This document shows, in pieces, positions 11,650 to 24,022 of a stretch of 64,000 nucleotides of DNA (position 1 is its first letter; each line of letters starts with the position of its first letter). The stretch lies in the NCBI RefSeq assembly GCF_000143415.4, contig NW_003314421.1, positions 182,264-246,263 of the forward strand, given 5' to 3'. Origin of the DNA: Selaginella moellendorffii. Taxonomy: Eukaryota; Plantae; Lycopodiophyta. Made by a program: the position numbers and the translations under genes. The notes below the pieces were generated by a model that searched no databases, had not been told where the DNA came from, and saw only the letters and a list, made by a program, of their open reading frames with translations.

Positions 11650-14600
11650 CGCAAGATCGACTTCGGGGGGCACCATCTCCAATGAACCTTATTGTGTTCT
11701 CCTTCACCAAAACATGGCAACCATGCTTTCTGCCACTCCTCGAGCCTCTCAAGCTTCCCTCTGTCCCGAAGGATAGCATGGTGAAGCCGTACTGCCGCTA
11801 GTGTAAGTCTCCACCACTCTGCCAGTACCTATGATACTCTGACCTGTGTCCCGTCGAAGTGCGCCCGGTTACGTGCTTCCCAAATGCCTGGACACCCATC
11901 ACACGCCATATCACCCATCGAGCATGGCCAAGTGCCTCCCACACAGGGACTCCTATCTCCACCCCGGTCGCGTCCCACCGGACCTGAATTCCCCAGCCAT
12001 GTCGTCCTCTGCACCTGATGTGTCACTGGGCTGGGCCCTGGGCAGGACCCCTCGCTTCCTCAAACCAGTGGAGCACGTCCCCACTGTGGGTCTCGAAATC
12101 CTGTGCCACGCCCAGCTCCTTCCCTGCCTTAATAATCTGGCGCCACACCTCCTTTGCAGTGTCGCACTCCCACAGTGCATGCTTGACTGTCTCGATTTCG
12201 CCACACTCCCTGCACCTACGACTCGCGTCGTCCTGGAATCACTGTCCAACCGGAAGCCCGTTGTTCGCTACCAACCACGAGGTGACTTTCACTTTTTCCT
12301 GCACGGGCAACTTCCAAAAGTGAATCGTGTTGTCCACCACTTGCTCCGCATCGACCCCCTGAGCTATCCACTTCTGCCACAGCTTTGGAATCTCCTCTCT
12401 TGCCTCCTCTCGCAATGTCAGTAGTCCATTCCGTGCTTCCTTGACTGCATAGGAGAAAAAGCTTCCTGTCCCTCATCGCCATGCGGCAGGGTCCCAGTCC
12501 AGATCTTCTAGTAGCTGCTGTCGCCACCATATCAATGATCCATCGCCCTCCAACCGGTCTTCCGATTCCACCATGTCCAGCCTCTTGGGTGACTGCTTAA
12601 GCACATGAATCCTCCCACGTACCTCATCATCCATGATATCTGGCATCTCTTGTTTCTCACCCATCGGGAGAAGCGTGTCTCCTCTCGTGATGCGAAACGG
12701 CAGTCCTATGTTGTGCTCTGGTGCGGCGACAAACCTCAACGTCCCCTTCTTCCCATGCTGGTGTAGGCACGGTGAATGCTCGAGTCCATGTCCCCAGCGG
12801 ACGTCACACTGCATCGTGTTCCTCCCACTCCATTTGCCACTGGATCGCCACAAAGTCCCCTACTTGAAGGCATCTTCTCGGCCACTTCGTCCCTACTTTC
12901 GTGTCGTTCACCACTCAGAGGAGTCGCAGAATGTCCAGCAGGATGTTGTGTCGCTTCCAAGGTCCAAACACTTGAGTCCTTCTCGCTGTTCGCCACCAAT
13001 CCCTGTCAATCAATCCCGCCAGTTGCTTCATTGTCCGGAATCCACTTGCATGCATTTTCCTCCAGATCATGTGGTGTGTCTCTCGTCCCAGTGTCACACC
13101 TCCCACTTTGAACAGTGCGTTGAAAAACAGAGGCTGGTTAAGCCACTCCTCGGCCCTAGTCGGTGGTGTTTGCTCCAGCGGAAAGGCTCTCCACAATCGA
13201 TGTAGGCTCTGGATGAAGTTGGCCCCTCTCACTACCTACATCGGTCCTTCTGCGAAGAGCCACCGTGGGTCCTCCCACGGTTTGGCTGCATTGTGTTTGG
13301 GGCGTATCGCTAGGAGGCTCTGCCGGAACATGAGTCGCCACGGCTGTCTCCCCTGTTGCAAACCCATGAGAAAAATCTTGTACCTCATCGCCTTCGCCAT
13401 GTCACTGGGGTCAATGATCTCAAGCCCCCGTAGAATGCGCGGCCTCACTATAGATTGCCACGCCACCTTGGCCATGGTTCGCCCTGCAGCCAATGCTCCA
13501 TGCCATACATAGGTTCACACCATCTGTCTCACCTTCTGTAGTGTAGTTTCCAGCACCGGCCAAATCGAGAGGTGGTACCAGATGCTAGGGAGGATCACGC
13601 TCTTGACCACTACGATCCGGGCTGGGAGTCCGAGTTTCCTCGGTGTCCATTTCTGAACTGCAGTCAAGATCCTCTTGAGAAGCGTATCGTCCTGTGTAGC
13701 TACACTGTATTGGACCCCAACCTGGATTCCAAGGTACCGAGTGTCTTCGCCAGGGCGAAGCCATTGAAAGCCTATCTCCTGTCCCCAGGTCTCGATGCCT
13801 GGCTTTCCCCAGTTCACGCCTACTGACTTGTTCCAGTTTATGGCTGCCCTCGCTGCCATGTTGAAGATCTCCAGCTTGGACCTTGCTGCGTCCAGGTTCC
13901 CCGGGGTAGCAAGTAGGAAGAGTGTGGTGTCATCTGCAAATGCCCCGTCTTGCAGCTCTTGCGTCACAACTTGAGTTCCCGGGAGTTGTAGCCATTCAGA
14001 GGGCAGCACCAAGCCTTTTATATCCCCTCCATGCACGAGGAAAGAGCCCAGTGTCTCTACTACTATCAGGAACAGGTAGGGGGCAAGTGGATATCCCTGT
14101 CTCACTAAGCCTCCCAAGTGAAAGGTTGGGCCCATCTCTCCATTCAGTGTGACTCGGCTTGAAGCTCCCCTATACAGCAGTGAGATACGTGAGATAGTCC
14201 TTGCCGGGATCCCTATCCTCCGCATGCAATCCTACAAGAAGTCCCAATCGACTCGATCGTAGGCCTTCTCAAAATCTAGTAGCCACGCTACAATCTGTTG
14301 ATTTGAGACATTTGCCCACTGCTGTGCCAGGAGGTACGTCCATATGTTTTCTGCGATCTGTCGTCCCAGCACGAATCCAGTATGTTGTTCTCTGATGATG
14401 AGGGGCATGACTGGCTACAGCTTGAGTGCCATCGCCTTTGCGTATATTTTGTACGATGTGTTGAGCATGGTTATGGGGCGCCAGTTCCTAATTTCTTGGA
14501 GGTCACCCCATTTCGGAATCAATGCAATTTGTCCCTCTAGTATCTCCCCCGGCAGCACCCCTGTTTGCTATGCGTCTCGCCATGTCTCCAGGAGCATCAG

Positions 14601-16070
14601 GTCAACGTTGTCCCAATACTCCTCATAGAATGCCGGAAGGAGGCCGTCCATACCTGGCATCTTGTCATCGTTCAGCTGCTCCAGGGCTCGGTGGAGGTCT
14701 TCCAAAAAAAAGTCAACCACCAGCATCTCCAGGTACTCGTCGGGAACTTTGCGTGGAAGAGTGGACAGCACTTTGCTTGCGGCGTCTCTCCTATCCTGGG
14801 ACCAGGGCTGGGCCGTGTACAGCTTCTGGTAAAACTCCTGTGCCAGCCCCTGCATTCCCTGTTGGTCCTCGACCACTTCTCCGTCGTCCTTCCTCAGTCC
14901 CAGGATCGGGGGGGAGTCGGTGACTGGACGGATCCCTTTGTAGAAGGCTTTGTTGAGAAGCCGCTCATTCATCACCCAGCTGTCCTCCATGGTACGGAGT
15001 CCGGCACTCCATGCTGCATATTCTTTGTACCGTAGCTCAGCTTCCCTCTCATCCAGTGTTGCTGTCCATCTGGCCTTGTCGTTTGTATGTAGGACCATTC
15101 TCTGGGCCGCTGCCACCTTTTGTCTCGCCAGTCTCACCTCTTTCAAGACTTCCCCTTTAAGTGCTGCCTGCCTTTCCCGGAGCTTAGTGGAGCAAGTGCC
15201 TAGTGCCAAGACGAGTTCCCCTTTGCTGCTGTCCAGTGCTTCCCGGACGAGCTTCACTGCTATCGGGTTGGTCATTGTGGCTTTGGTGATCTTTCTCTGT
15301 GCCACCGTTCCTTTCACCATCTGTAACTTGAGAATGCCTTGGAGTGGGTCATGGTCTGAAAAGGTGGCAAATGCAGGCCACGTTTTGAGTCCCCCTCCGT
15401 CTTGTCACAGCTTGGTAGAAGCGTAAATCCTGTCCAGTCGAGCTTGGCACCCCGTCGATTGGCATCTCGTGAATGGGTGGGAGTGTGCAGCAAACTTCTC
15501 TGCATGCTGGAGGTCCAAGACTCCCAGGGCTTTGACTAGCGCTGTCCAATTCTTTCTCTCTCTCCCCTGAATGGTTTCCAGTGAACCTCGCTGGTCACTC
15601 AGACCCTCCACCATGTTGAAGTCTCCTACCACAAGCCACTCGTCCGCCACTCCTTGAGTGCTCTACTGGATATCTGTCCACATCTGTGCACGCTCCCTTC
15701 TTCGAGTGGGTGCATACACGTTGACAATCCCAACACACCCAAAGTGTAAGTGTATGACCAACAGCTGTGCTTTCCCTGGGACCAGCACCCCGCGGTCACG
15801 TACCTGCACTGACCACTTGGTAGAGATGATGATCGTTGTTCCTCCTCCACACCGTATTCTCGCTTGCATGGCCGGATTCCACCAAATTCTCCCGCGCATG
15901 CCCAGGTTGAAGTCTGGAGCCTTCACCATCTTGTGTTCTTGGATGCACAGTATGTCGATCCTCCCCTCTAAGCCAATCTCCCAGATGTGGGACTTGAGCT
16001 GTACTCTCTTGTTGAGTCTACTGTCATCGGAGCTGAGTCCCCGACAGTTCCACGTGAGCACTGTGAGCAT
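11650..16070 (-). pseudogene. LINE ORF2 (APE endonuclease-reverse transcriptase), disrupted
   Basis: LTWNCRG, ILCIQEHK, NVYAP, GDFNM, RLDRIY, KMPGMDGL, GLVRQGYPLAPYLF, AFADDT, RYLGI; 3' end coordinate approximate. Confidence 0.92.
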
Positions 16071-19000
16071 ATGGGGCAATGTATTTCCAGGAGAAAACCG
16101 TGCTGCTAGGCCTAGCCCTCCATTCCGAGGAGATGGTCCATACTGCAGTGAGTCTCCCCTTGTACTTGGTCCAGGAGAAGCCTTGCACTGCGTATTCTAA
16201 AAATCCTGTCCACTCTGTGATGGCGCGTTCCATTCGGGTCTGGTAATCACCAAGCGTGATGACCTCTGGAAAAGCCGTGTGCCCTCGGTACATCAGCCAG
16301 TCTCCCACCTCTATGGTTGTCAGTTCTCTCCTAGGTGGGATCCATCTGACTGCCATATTCACGGTCCGAGGAAGAACCTGCTGAAAGCCTTCTCCGTCTT
16401 TTTCAGCAATCGAGCTCTTGAACATTCTGGGCCGTGAATCAGGTCCAAAGAAAGGTGGTGCGCTTGGGAACCGGATGTGTGGAGGCTGCTCTGGAGGACG
16501 CTGCTTCAGTTGCTTCTCCACGGCCTCTAGGAGTTCAAAGGGATGTCCTGGAGCAAGCTTGGGCCGTTTGGTCGTGCATGCGTTCTTGCTGTGCCCGGAC
16601 TGTAGGCAAAAACCACAGTGTGGTGCTGCGTTTTCTACCTGTATACAAACGTACTGTCCCAGGACTGCTATCTCCATAGGGAGTTCTGCTGGGGATGAGA
16701 CAAAGACCTTAAGTCTGACAGGGCCCAGAATGCCCTCCGCATCCACGGTGTCTAGGCCCGAGGCGATCTGCCTGATGCTCCCTAATGCCTGCGCTATTTC
16801 AGCTCGTTTCCCTGACTCTCCAGTGCAAAGCTCCGTCTTAGCAGCTTCTGTGTGCGGGATTTCCTTTACCACCTTTCCTTGTGCGGAGCAGCCTTCTTGT
16901 TCTTGCTCAACTCCCAAATCACCTTGCTTCCCTGGGTCCTACGAGCCTTGGTGTGGTGCGGTCCGACAATTGTATTCCACCTTTTCCCCCCCACGTCCTG
17001 CTGAGGCCCTCTGTGCCTTTCCTTTTGCTGTGCTATCCTTCTGCTGTTCTTGGTCCTCCTTAGAACGTGTTTCCTCCTCGTGAAGGAACTCCTCCACCTC
17101 TTTTGCCCACGCAAGGGCCTCCTTTGAGCTACTTTGGGTCTTTAACTTCCTGCGCGCCACCTTGCGTTCTTTCTTTTTCTCCATCTTGTTTTCTTTTTGG
17201 CCTCTCTTTCCCTCTCCAGTCCCATTCACTTCATCTCCTCCTCCTGTTCTTCCAGTAGTAGCTCCAGCGGCTTCACTCTTTTTCCCAGAATCAATTCCTC
17301 CTTTTGCGTCTCCACCTTTTTGCTAGCTTCCGGGATCTCCTCGTCTTGGTCCCTTTGTTGTTCCACTTCTTGCTCCTCTTGTTCCTTCCACGTGCTTGTC
17401 ACTTCCTCTTGCACCTTAGTTTGTTGGGCCTCCTGGCTGTTTGTGTACTCTTGCTCTTTTGGCGTGACTAGTGCCTCTGTCGCGAGATCGAGGGCTTCCC
17501 TGAGAGCGGGGCCAAGAGTTCGGTCTTCTCCCTTGGGGTGAGTCTCCTGGTGCCATACTTCAGCAGTGAGTATGTCTTGGTGTAGCTGTACTTCGTTCTG
17601 AGTGGCCTCCCGCAAAGCCTTCGCAAAGGTTCTGGGATCCCATTGCAGCAGTCCTTCTTCTGTCTGGTGTGGCATACATTGTTGCAGCACCAATAGCTGG
17701 GGCTCACAGTCAGGCTGATGACTGGGAGATGTCCTGCTCTTAGGTTGAGATCCCACCGACCTCACCGGAGAGCCCGGTAGAGATGTTCTCACTTTGTTGG
17801 TCAGATCCGAGAGGCACTTGTGAGAAAACTTCTAGCTGAGTGACCCTCTCTTGGACTGGCCCTGGCTTTCACTTGTGGCCCTGGTGAGGCAGAGGCTCAC
17901 CTCTTCCCCCTAGACCTGCTCCTTTACCTCGGTCCTGTGTACCTCTGGCATTTCCCTATGCCCTCTCGTTTGGTCATTTGGCATCTCCAAGCCCTTCTCT
18001 TCTTCTGGATCCACCCTTGACTCTTGTGCATGACAACCTATTGGTATCTCCACAACCATGGCTGCCCTCATCGCTGCTGCCGCTGCCCTAGTGGTGACGC
18101 CGCTCCTGTTCTTACTTGGATTAGGGCATGTCCTACCTTTGGTTTTTCTAGAGGCTGTCTTCCCCACTTTGAGAGCCACTCTGAGTCCCGTGCGCCCAGT
18201 GATGGGGGTGAGGAAGTTCAAGTCCAGAACTCTGCTTGTGGCCACCTCTTCACGTGGTCCATCTCCACTGGCTAGGTCCCCCGAGCCTAGGAATTCGCTT
18301 ACTTCTTGTACTTCTCTGTTCAGCGCACAGCTTTGCTGTACTGGGGAACCATGCTGCGTGGGTGGTGAGGCTGGTTGAGACGTCCCTGGCCCAGGTCCTT
18401 GGGCCCTTGAAGGCTTCTGCTCTCCTGCTCCGTCACTGCTCCTGCGCAGCTCCTCTTCTAGTGACTCATGCATCGCCACTCCTGTGTTTCCAGGTAGGAT
18501 CACCTCGTCCAGTGTCTCATGTTCTTCCTGTTGGTTCCCAAGATGTCCTGAACCGGGCTCAAGGACTGTATCTGGTGCTGGTGGCTCCTCCTTGGTTGCC
18601 AAGCTACTTTTGTGTGTCCCACCGTCCTGTGCTGAGCTCTGATCATCATCTCCTTGGTACCCTGCACGACTTCTTCGTGAAGATCCTCGGCTGCGCACCC
18701 TACAAGGTAATCACTTTCCGTGTGGTGTGATTTCTGCCTCAAGCCTGTTTGATCACTGACAGTGTGCTCACTGCTTCTTGCCGTGCCACTTGAACCTAGC
18801 TTCTCACTGTCCCCTGGAGAGCCCAGCGATGTCCTCTTCCCAGCAATTGGGGTTTTGCTGTTGGCGGCTCTTCCCTTCAGCATCCCTCCTTGGGGCAGTC
18901 GGATGCTGAGGCCGCGGCCTCTAGCACCTCTTCCAAGTGCAAATGGCTGGGGCTTGGCTTGTCCTCCACTGCTGCTGGGTGCTGGATGACGTTCCATCCT

Positions 19001-19186
19001 GGACACAGCAGTGTAAAAGAAAAAATAGAGAGATTCTGGAGTGATTCTTCCCTGAATCTCGCGGCAGATGCCCCCGCTGTCAGTAGCAAGTGTGGGGAGA
19101 TTGGACGCTCTCCCCTTTGCGCTCTCCCTCCTCTGGCTGCGCCTCCGATCATGGCAGCCATGGTGCTGGACGCTGTGCTCCTCCAC
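16024..19186 (-). pseudogene. LINE ORF1 (gag-like), frameshifted
   Basis: Chain of ORFs 18500-19186, 17910-18698, 17226-17792, 16939-17229 and 16024-16917; zinc knuckle CGFCLQSGHSKNAC. Confidence 0.8.
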
Positions 19187-19544
19187 GCCCTAACACTCCA
19201 ATCATTTTTTTTTAGGTCCCTTAGGTCCTTTCTACCCCTTGGGTCGAACTCAGCCGGAGCAAAGTGGACCTACCAGATGTCAATTAACATATGGTGCAAT
19301 TCCTTTATCCAACCAACAAAGTCAGATTGGAAACTCTCTTTAATACCAAATGTAAGCTCTTGAATTTAGACTTTTCGAGAGGTCATCTAACGTAGTATTA
19401 TTTAAACTGAAGGACACTTAACTCCAAATATCTCAAGACCTTTAACCGATTAAAAAAGAGGGTGTACTCTTATTCATAGGCATTTTCCTTCTATATTTGA
19501 ACCCTATAGATTATTTTTCAAATTGTTCCTTTTGGTTGCTTATA

Positions 19545-19804
19545 TGGGATTTAAATATAAAGGAAAAAAGCCTATGAATAAAAGTAAGTTAAGGTATTGA
19601 AATACTTGGGGTTAAATGTTCTTGGGTTTAAATAGTATTGGGTTGGGTGACATTTCGGTATAAGTTTACATTTGGTATTAGAGAGGGTCTCAAGTTTGAC
19701 TCTCTTGGTTGGCTAGAGGAATTGCACCATATGTTGATTGACATTTAGCAGTTCCAGTTTGGGTGACCTCTCGAGAAGTCCAAACTCAATCTTAAGAGCT
19801 TACA
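19545..19804 (+). mobile_element. Third, internally deleted Cassandra-like TRIM, head-to-head with the second
   Basis: ggggttaaatgttcttggg...gtattgggttgggtgac; PBS-like tttggtattagag; ends gagaagtcc...gagcttaca. Confidence 0.75.
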
Positions 19805-19866
19805 TAAATGCTTTTGTGGGGCAATTGCTAAGGGCTTTGACTTTTAAGGCCCACTTAGTCAAGTTC

Positions 19867-19878
19867 CACTACAAGAAA
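19867..19878 (+). mobile_element. Possible CACTA (En/Spm) terminal inverted repeat
   Basis: Exact CACTACAAGAAA; no partner end identified. Confidence 0.3.
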
Positions 19879-20001
19879 TAGTGGATGAAGAAATCTCAAC
19901 ATCAACATCAATATGATCAAATAAATGATCTTTGAAAAAAAATTTGCCAGAGAAATTTAGGATTTGCCAGAGAAAACAAGAAAATGCTAGCATCACAAGA
20001 T

Positions 20002-22381
20002 TGTGAGACATGAATTTCTAAGCCCCAAAATTGAGCCAAAAGAGTGCTATATGGTAGTGTTTCAAGAAGTCCAACAAACATAACATGTTTGGACTAAAAT
20101 CTTTGACTTGGAAAGTTGAGAGCGGGAGTGAAACTTTGAAAAAAAATGTTTAAGGAATAAACATGAAGCAATCAGTGAATGAGTCTTTAAAAAGGGACAC
20201 AAGAAGGACTAACACATGGAAGTGTTGAGATCAAGTCTAAAAAGGAATCTGAGATGGAGTCCAAGAAGGAGTCCGAGATAGAATCCGAGGAGTCTGAGAT
20301 GGAGTTTGAGATGGAGTTTGAAGAGTTTGGGAAGGAATCTAAGACGGGGACCAAGACCAAGACAAAGACTGAAACTAGAGCCAAGACCAGGCCCGAGTTT
20401 GAGTCTGAGTTCGAGTCCAAGTCTGAGTCCAAGGGTGAAAGGCCAATGCAATCATCTCCTAGACCCTAGGGGGTTTGGTGAGCTGCAAAAGTATAGTGTG
20501 AGGCAAAAATCCCTAAGCCCCAAAGTGGAGCCGAAAGGGTGCCAAAGCGAAAGCCAAACGAGCGTAATACGTTTGGACTAAAAGCTCTGACTAGCAATAA
20601 AAGAGTCTCTAGAAAAGGGACACAAAAGGACCATTACATGACACGTGGTGGAGTCTGAGATGGAGTCCGAGAGGGACTGAGATGGAGTTCAAGATAGACC
20701 TGAGATGGAGTCTGAAATGGAGTCCAAGATGGAGTCCAAGATGGACCGAGATGGAGTCCAAGATGGACCTGAGATGGACTCCAAGATGGACCGAGATGGA
20801 CCCAAGATGGAGTTTAAGATGGATCCAATATGGAGTCCGAGATGGACTGAGACGGAGTCCAAGGTGGAGTTCGAGATGGACCCGAGATGGAATCCGAGAT
20901 GGAGCCCGAGAATGACCCGAGATGGACTCCAAGGTCAAGACCAAGACTGAGACTAGGACCGAGACCAAGACCAAGATCGGGACCGAGACTGAGACCAGGA
21001 CCAAGGCCGAGACCGAGGCCAAGCTCAAGACCGAGCCCGAGCCTGAGTCCAAGTATGAGGGTGAAAGCCCAAAGTGTTCGTCTCCCAAACCCTGGGTTTG
21101 GTGAGCTCAAAAAGTATAGTAGGGGGAAGACTCTAATGGAGCCAGTTTCACCAGGAAAGGCCAGTTTGGCCCAGGAAGCACAGGTGGGTGATGGGATAAC
21201 CACTAGGAAGTCCAAGGCAAGAGTGAATTGTAAGGAACCGACTCCCCAAGATGTCGTAGGCTAAAGGATCCCCGAAAGCATAACCGAAATGACAAAGAGT
21301 TCATCAGATGGGACCAAGTCGAAGATTGAGTCCAAGACCGACTCTGAGACCGAGTTCGAGATAGAGTCCGGGATCGAGCCCGGGCCAAATCGGAGACCGA
21401 GTTCGAGACCGAGTTCGAGACAGAGTCCGAGATCCAAATTGGGTCCGAGACTGAGTCTGAGGTTGAGTCCAAAGTCGAGTCCGAGATTGGGTCCGAGATC
21501 GAGTCGGAGATTGAGTCTGAGACCGAGTCCGAAGTCGGGTCCGAGATCGAGTCCGAGACCGAGTCTGAATACTAATACGGGTCAAGGGGTGAAAGCCCAA
21601 AGTGTGCGTCTCCCAAGGGGGGGCGGGGGGGGGGGGGGGGGGGGGCTCCCCGGGGTTCCCAAAATTTAGTAGGGATAGTGAGGTCCAGGAACCAGTCTTG
21701 AAGGAACTCTCTAGTGGTGCTTCCAAATTGACTTGAGGTTGAAATTGGGGCCCAGGGGCCTTGGGTGGGAGTGAGCATAGGCTTGGGTGGTGCCGGAGGG
21801 GCCACCCAGGGAAGTGCTCAAGAGCAGCTCCCACTCCCGAAAGGGAAACCGACTGCGGTGCTCCCGGCTCATGTGGAGTGGTGCCCCACGTGAGTACCTT
21901 GTGGCTCATTGGTCCTCGCCCTTCCTAGGGGCTTGGGCCTTCCCTTCGGGATGGAAGTGGAGGGGTAGAGGTACCCATACTGAGCCGTTAGGCCATGGTG
22001 TTTCGCCCCGATGTCCCGAAGCAAGTGTTGCACCCAAGGCTTGGGATTTAGAGGGTCCCATGATCAAGTCTTCTTGTACCAAGGGGTGTTAGGAACCTGG
22101 AGGCTTGGTGTGCTTGGCTGCTTGTGCCTGCAGGGAGTGTAGCCAAACCTTAAGTCCAGTCTAACCCGGGGAGGGGGGATTGGGAGAGATTTGGGAATCC
22201 GTGGATGGATGGCTAACGCTCTGTTGCTCGTGTAGTGAGTAGCTGAAACCAAGTAGGACCAAGTAGGAGCTGGTACAATAGGCGGGAACCTTGGCGAGGG
22301 AACTTAGCACAAGCCAAGACAGTATTGGTCGGATAGACGAGGTAAGGTGGCAAATTGGAAAGGAAAAATTTGTGGTTTACA
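20002..22381 (+). mobile_element. Three nested, same-orientation gypsy-type LTRs starting at 20002, 20497 and 21229
   Basis: Each starts with TGT and repeats the order GAGATGGAGTCC/GAGACC minisatellite then gggtgaaagcccaa; the last ends TTTACA at 22381 followed by PBS TGGTATCGGAG at 22385-22395. Confidence 0.75.
20230..21570 (+). repeat. LTR-internal minisatellites (GAGATGGAGTCC)n and (GAGACC/GAGTCC)n
   Basis: Visible 12-bp and 6-bp tandem units; same arrays inverted at 31210-31460 and 49635-50250. Confidence 0.9.
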
Positions 22382-22384
22382 ATT

Positions 22385-23071
22385 TGGTATCGGAGTCTTT
22401 TCCTCAGTTCTAGTGAAGGATAGAGGCGGATTGCTGGGAGATGGAAAAGGCAGGGTGGAAACGAACCAAGGCAGAGATAGAACCTCCTCTAGAGCTGGAG
22501 CCTCCGGTCGAACAAGAGGCTATGAATGAGGAATCCTTGCATGAGGAGGACTCCAATGAGGCAACTTCTAAACAGGAGTCCGGTGGTGAGGCTCGGTCGT
22601 CCAAGGCTTGATTGGACGTTCTAGAAGGACAATTGGCACAAACCAATGCCCTGCTAGAGACTCTCGTACGCAAGTTAAAATGTGATGAGAAGCGGAAGAA
22701 AAAGCGAAAGACTGCGGATGCTGGCAGCGCAAAGGGTGCGGACCCTTCGGTAGGGACTGAGGCAAAACCAAACAAGGTCGAACAAACAGAAGTGGAATCA
22801 GTCCCTCAGGCAATGGACTCATCTATTACAAACAAACGAGGGTGTATGTTCCAGAAGGGGAACTAAGGAAGGTAGCCTTAGAAGAGTGTCATGACGGACC
22901 TCTTGCGGGACACGGCGGAATGCCCAAGACAATGGGCTTACTCAAGAGGAAGTACCATTGGCTAGATATGGCTAAGGACGTCCAAGACTATGTAAAAACA
23001 TGTCCAACATGTCAGCAGGTCAAAGCCGTGACTAAGGTTAGTAGGGGCTTGTTGCAATGCATCCCACTTCT
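22385..23071 (+). mobile_element. Ty3/gypsy internal remnant (gag start joined by deletion to the integrase zinc-binding domain)
   Basis: LEECHDGPLAGHGG..KT..LLKRKYHW..M.KDVQDYVKTCPTCQQVK (HHCC motif). Confidence 0.85.
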
Positions 23072-23995
23072 GGAATCCTCCACTTCTGGACATGCTTGAA
23101 CCAGTTGATGCTCCTCCAGTCGAGGACAGGCCTCCAACACCTCCACCACCTTGTCGACGTCGTGGCATGCCTGATCCGATGCCAGTTCTTGATCACCCCC
23201 GGGAACGTCAGCCCTCGTTAAAAGTCCGGGAAAATGCTAAAGCAGATGCTGCAAAGCTTGATGACTTTTGTGTCCTTGTTGACATCAGCATCCCCATGAC
23301 CTATGATGAGGCCGTCTCAGGACCTGAGGCTTCATCTTGGATGGAAGCTATTGCGGAAGAAGTTTCTTCCATTCAGGTTAACGGAACTTATATTCCAGTT
23401 GATTCAGCGCCATTGGGATGACGTGTTTTGGATCCAAAATGGATTTTTTCCAAAAAGTATGGGAAAGATGGTCAGGTTGTATGTTATAAGGCACGGTTGG
23501 TTGTTCACGGTTTTCGCCAAGTCCATGGCCTTGACTACAATGAAACATTCTCACCGGTTGTAAAAATGGCCAACCTCCGTACTCTTTTTGCACTTGCGGC
23601 TGCTCGCTAATGGCAAGTCCACCATATGGACGTCAAAACTGCATTTTTGAATGGGGATTTGCAAGAGGACATCTATATGCATATACCTTCTGGTTTTGAG
23701 GACGATGTTGCCCCTGGTGGCCCTATATGGCAATTGCGGAAAGCTTTGTATGGCCTAAAACAGAGCTCCCATATTTGGTATCAAAAATTTGGTGCCACCC
23801 TACGCGCTCAAGGCTTTCGTCACTGTCATGCTGATCACAATGTGTATGTGAATGGTCATGCTGAGCACATGCTTATTGTGGCCCTCTATGTTGATAATTT
23901 GCTCATCATGGGTGATGACACCAATGCCATTGCTGCTCTGAAAGCTGCTCTCAGCCAGCAATTCCAGATGAAGGACCTTGGCCAAGTCTCCTACT
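23072..23995 (+). mobile_element. Ty1/copia RT fragment, duplicate of 38524-39447
   Basis: Near-identical sequence; YKARLVVHGF.Q..GLDYNETFSPV, MDVKTAFLNG, YVDN/DLL. Confidence 0.92.
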
Positions 23996-24022
23996 AAACC
24001 CTAAACCCTAAACCCTAAACCC
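23994..24022 (-). repeat. Interstitial telomeric repeat, ~4 units (C-rich on +)
   Basis: ctaaaccctaaaccctaaaccctaaaccc. Confidence 0.95.

Larger units (their letters stand above)
11464..19231 (-). mobile_element. Full-length (~7.8 kb) L1/Tx1-clade LINE with 16-bp TSD; disrupted ORFs
   Basis: TSD CTACCCCT(C/T)GGGTCGA at 11448-11463 and 19232-19247; ORF1 with CCHC knuckle; ORF2 with APE endonuclease, RT and C-terminal zinc-binding region. Confidence 0.95.
11176..19544 (-). mobile_element. Second Cassandra-like TRIM, split by the full-length LINE (LTRs ~11176-11360 and 19351-19544)
   Basis: Reverse complement of 417-977 on both sides of the LINE; 5S-like segment (cccaggaggtcaccctacctacta) near 11190-11215; degenerate PBS next to 19351. 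Confidence 0.8.

Noticed and set aside
21617-21645. Poly-G run as a G-quadruplex element
   Set aside because: Homopolymer expansion in one LTR copy; related copies have only a short G run.
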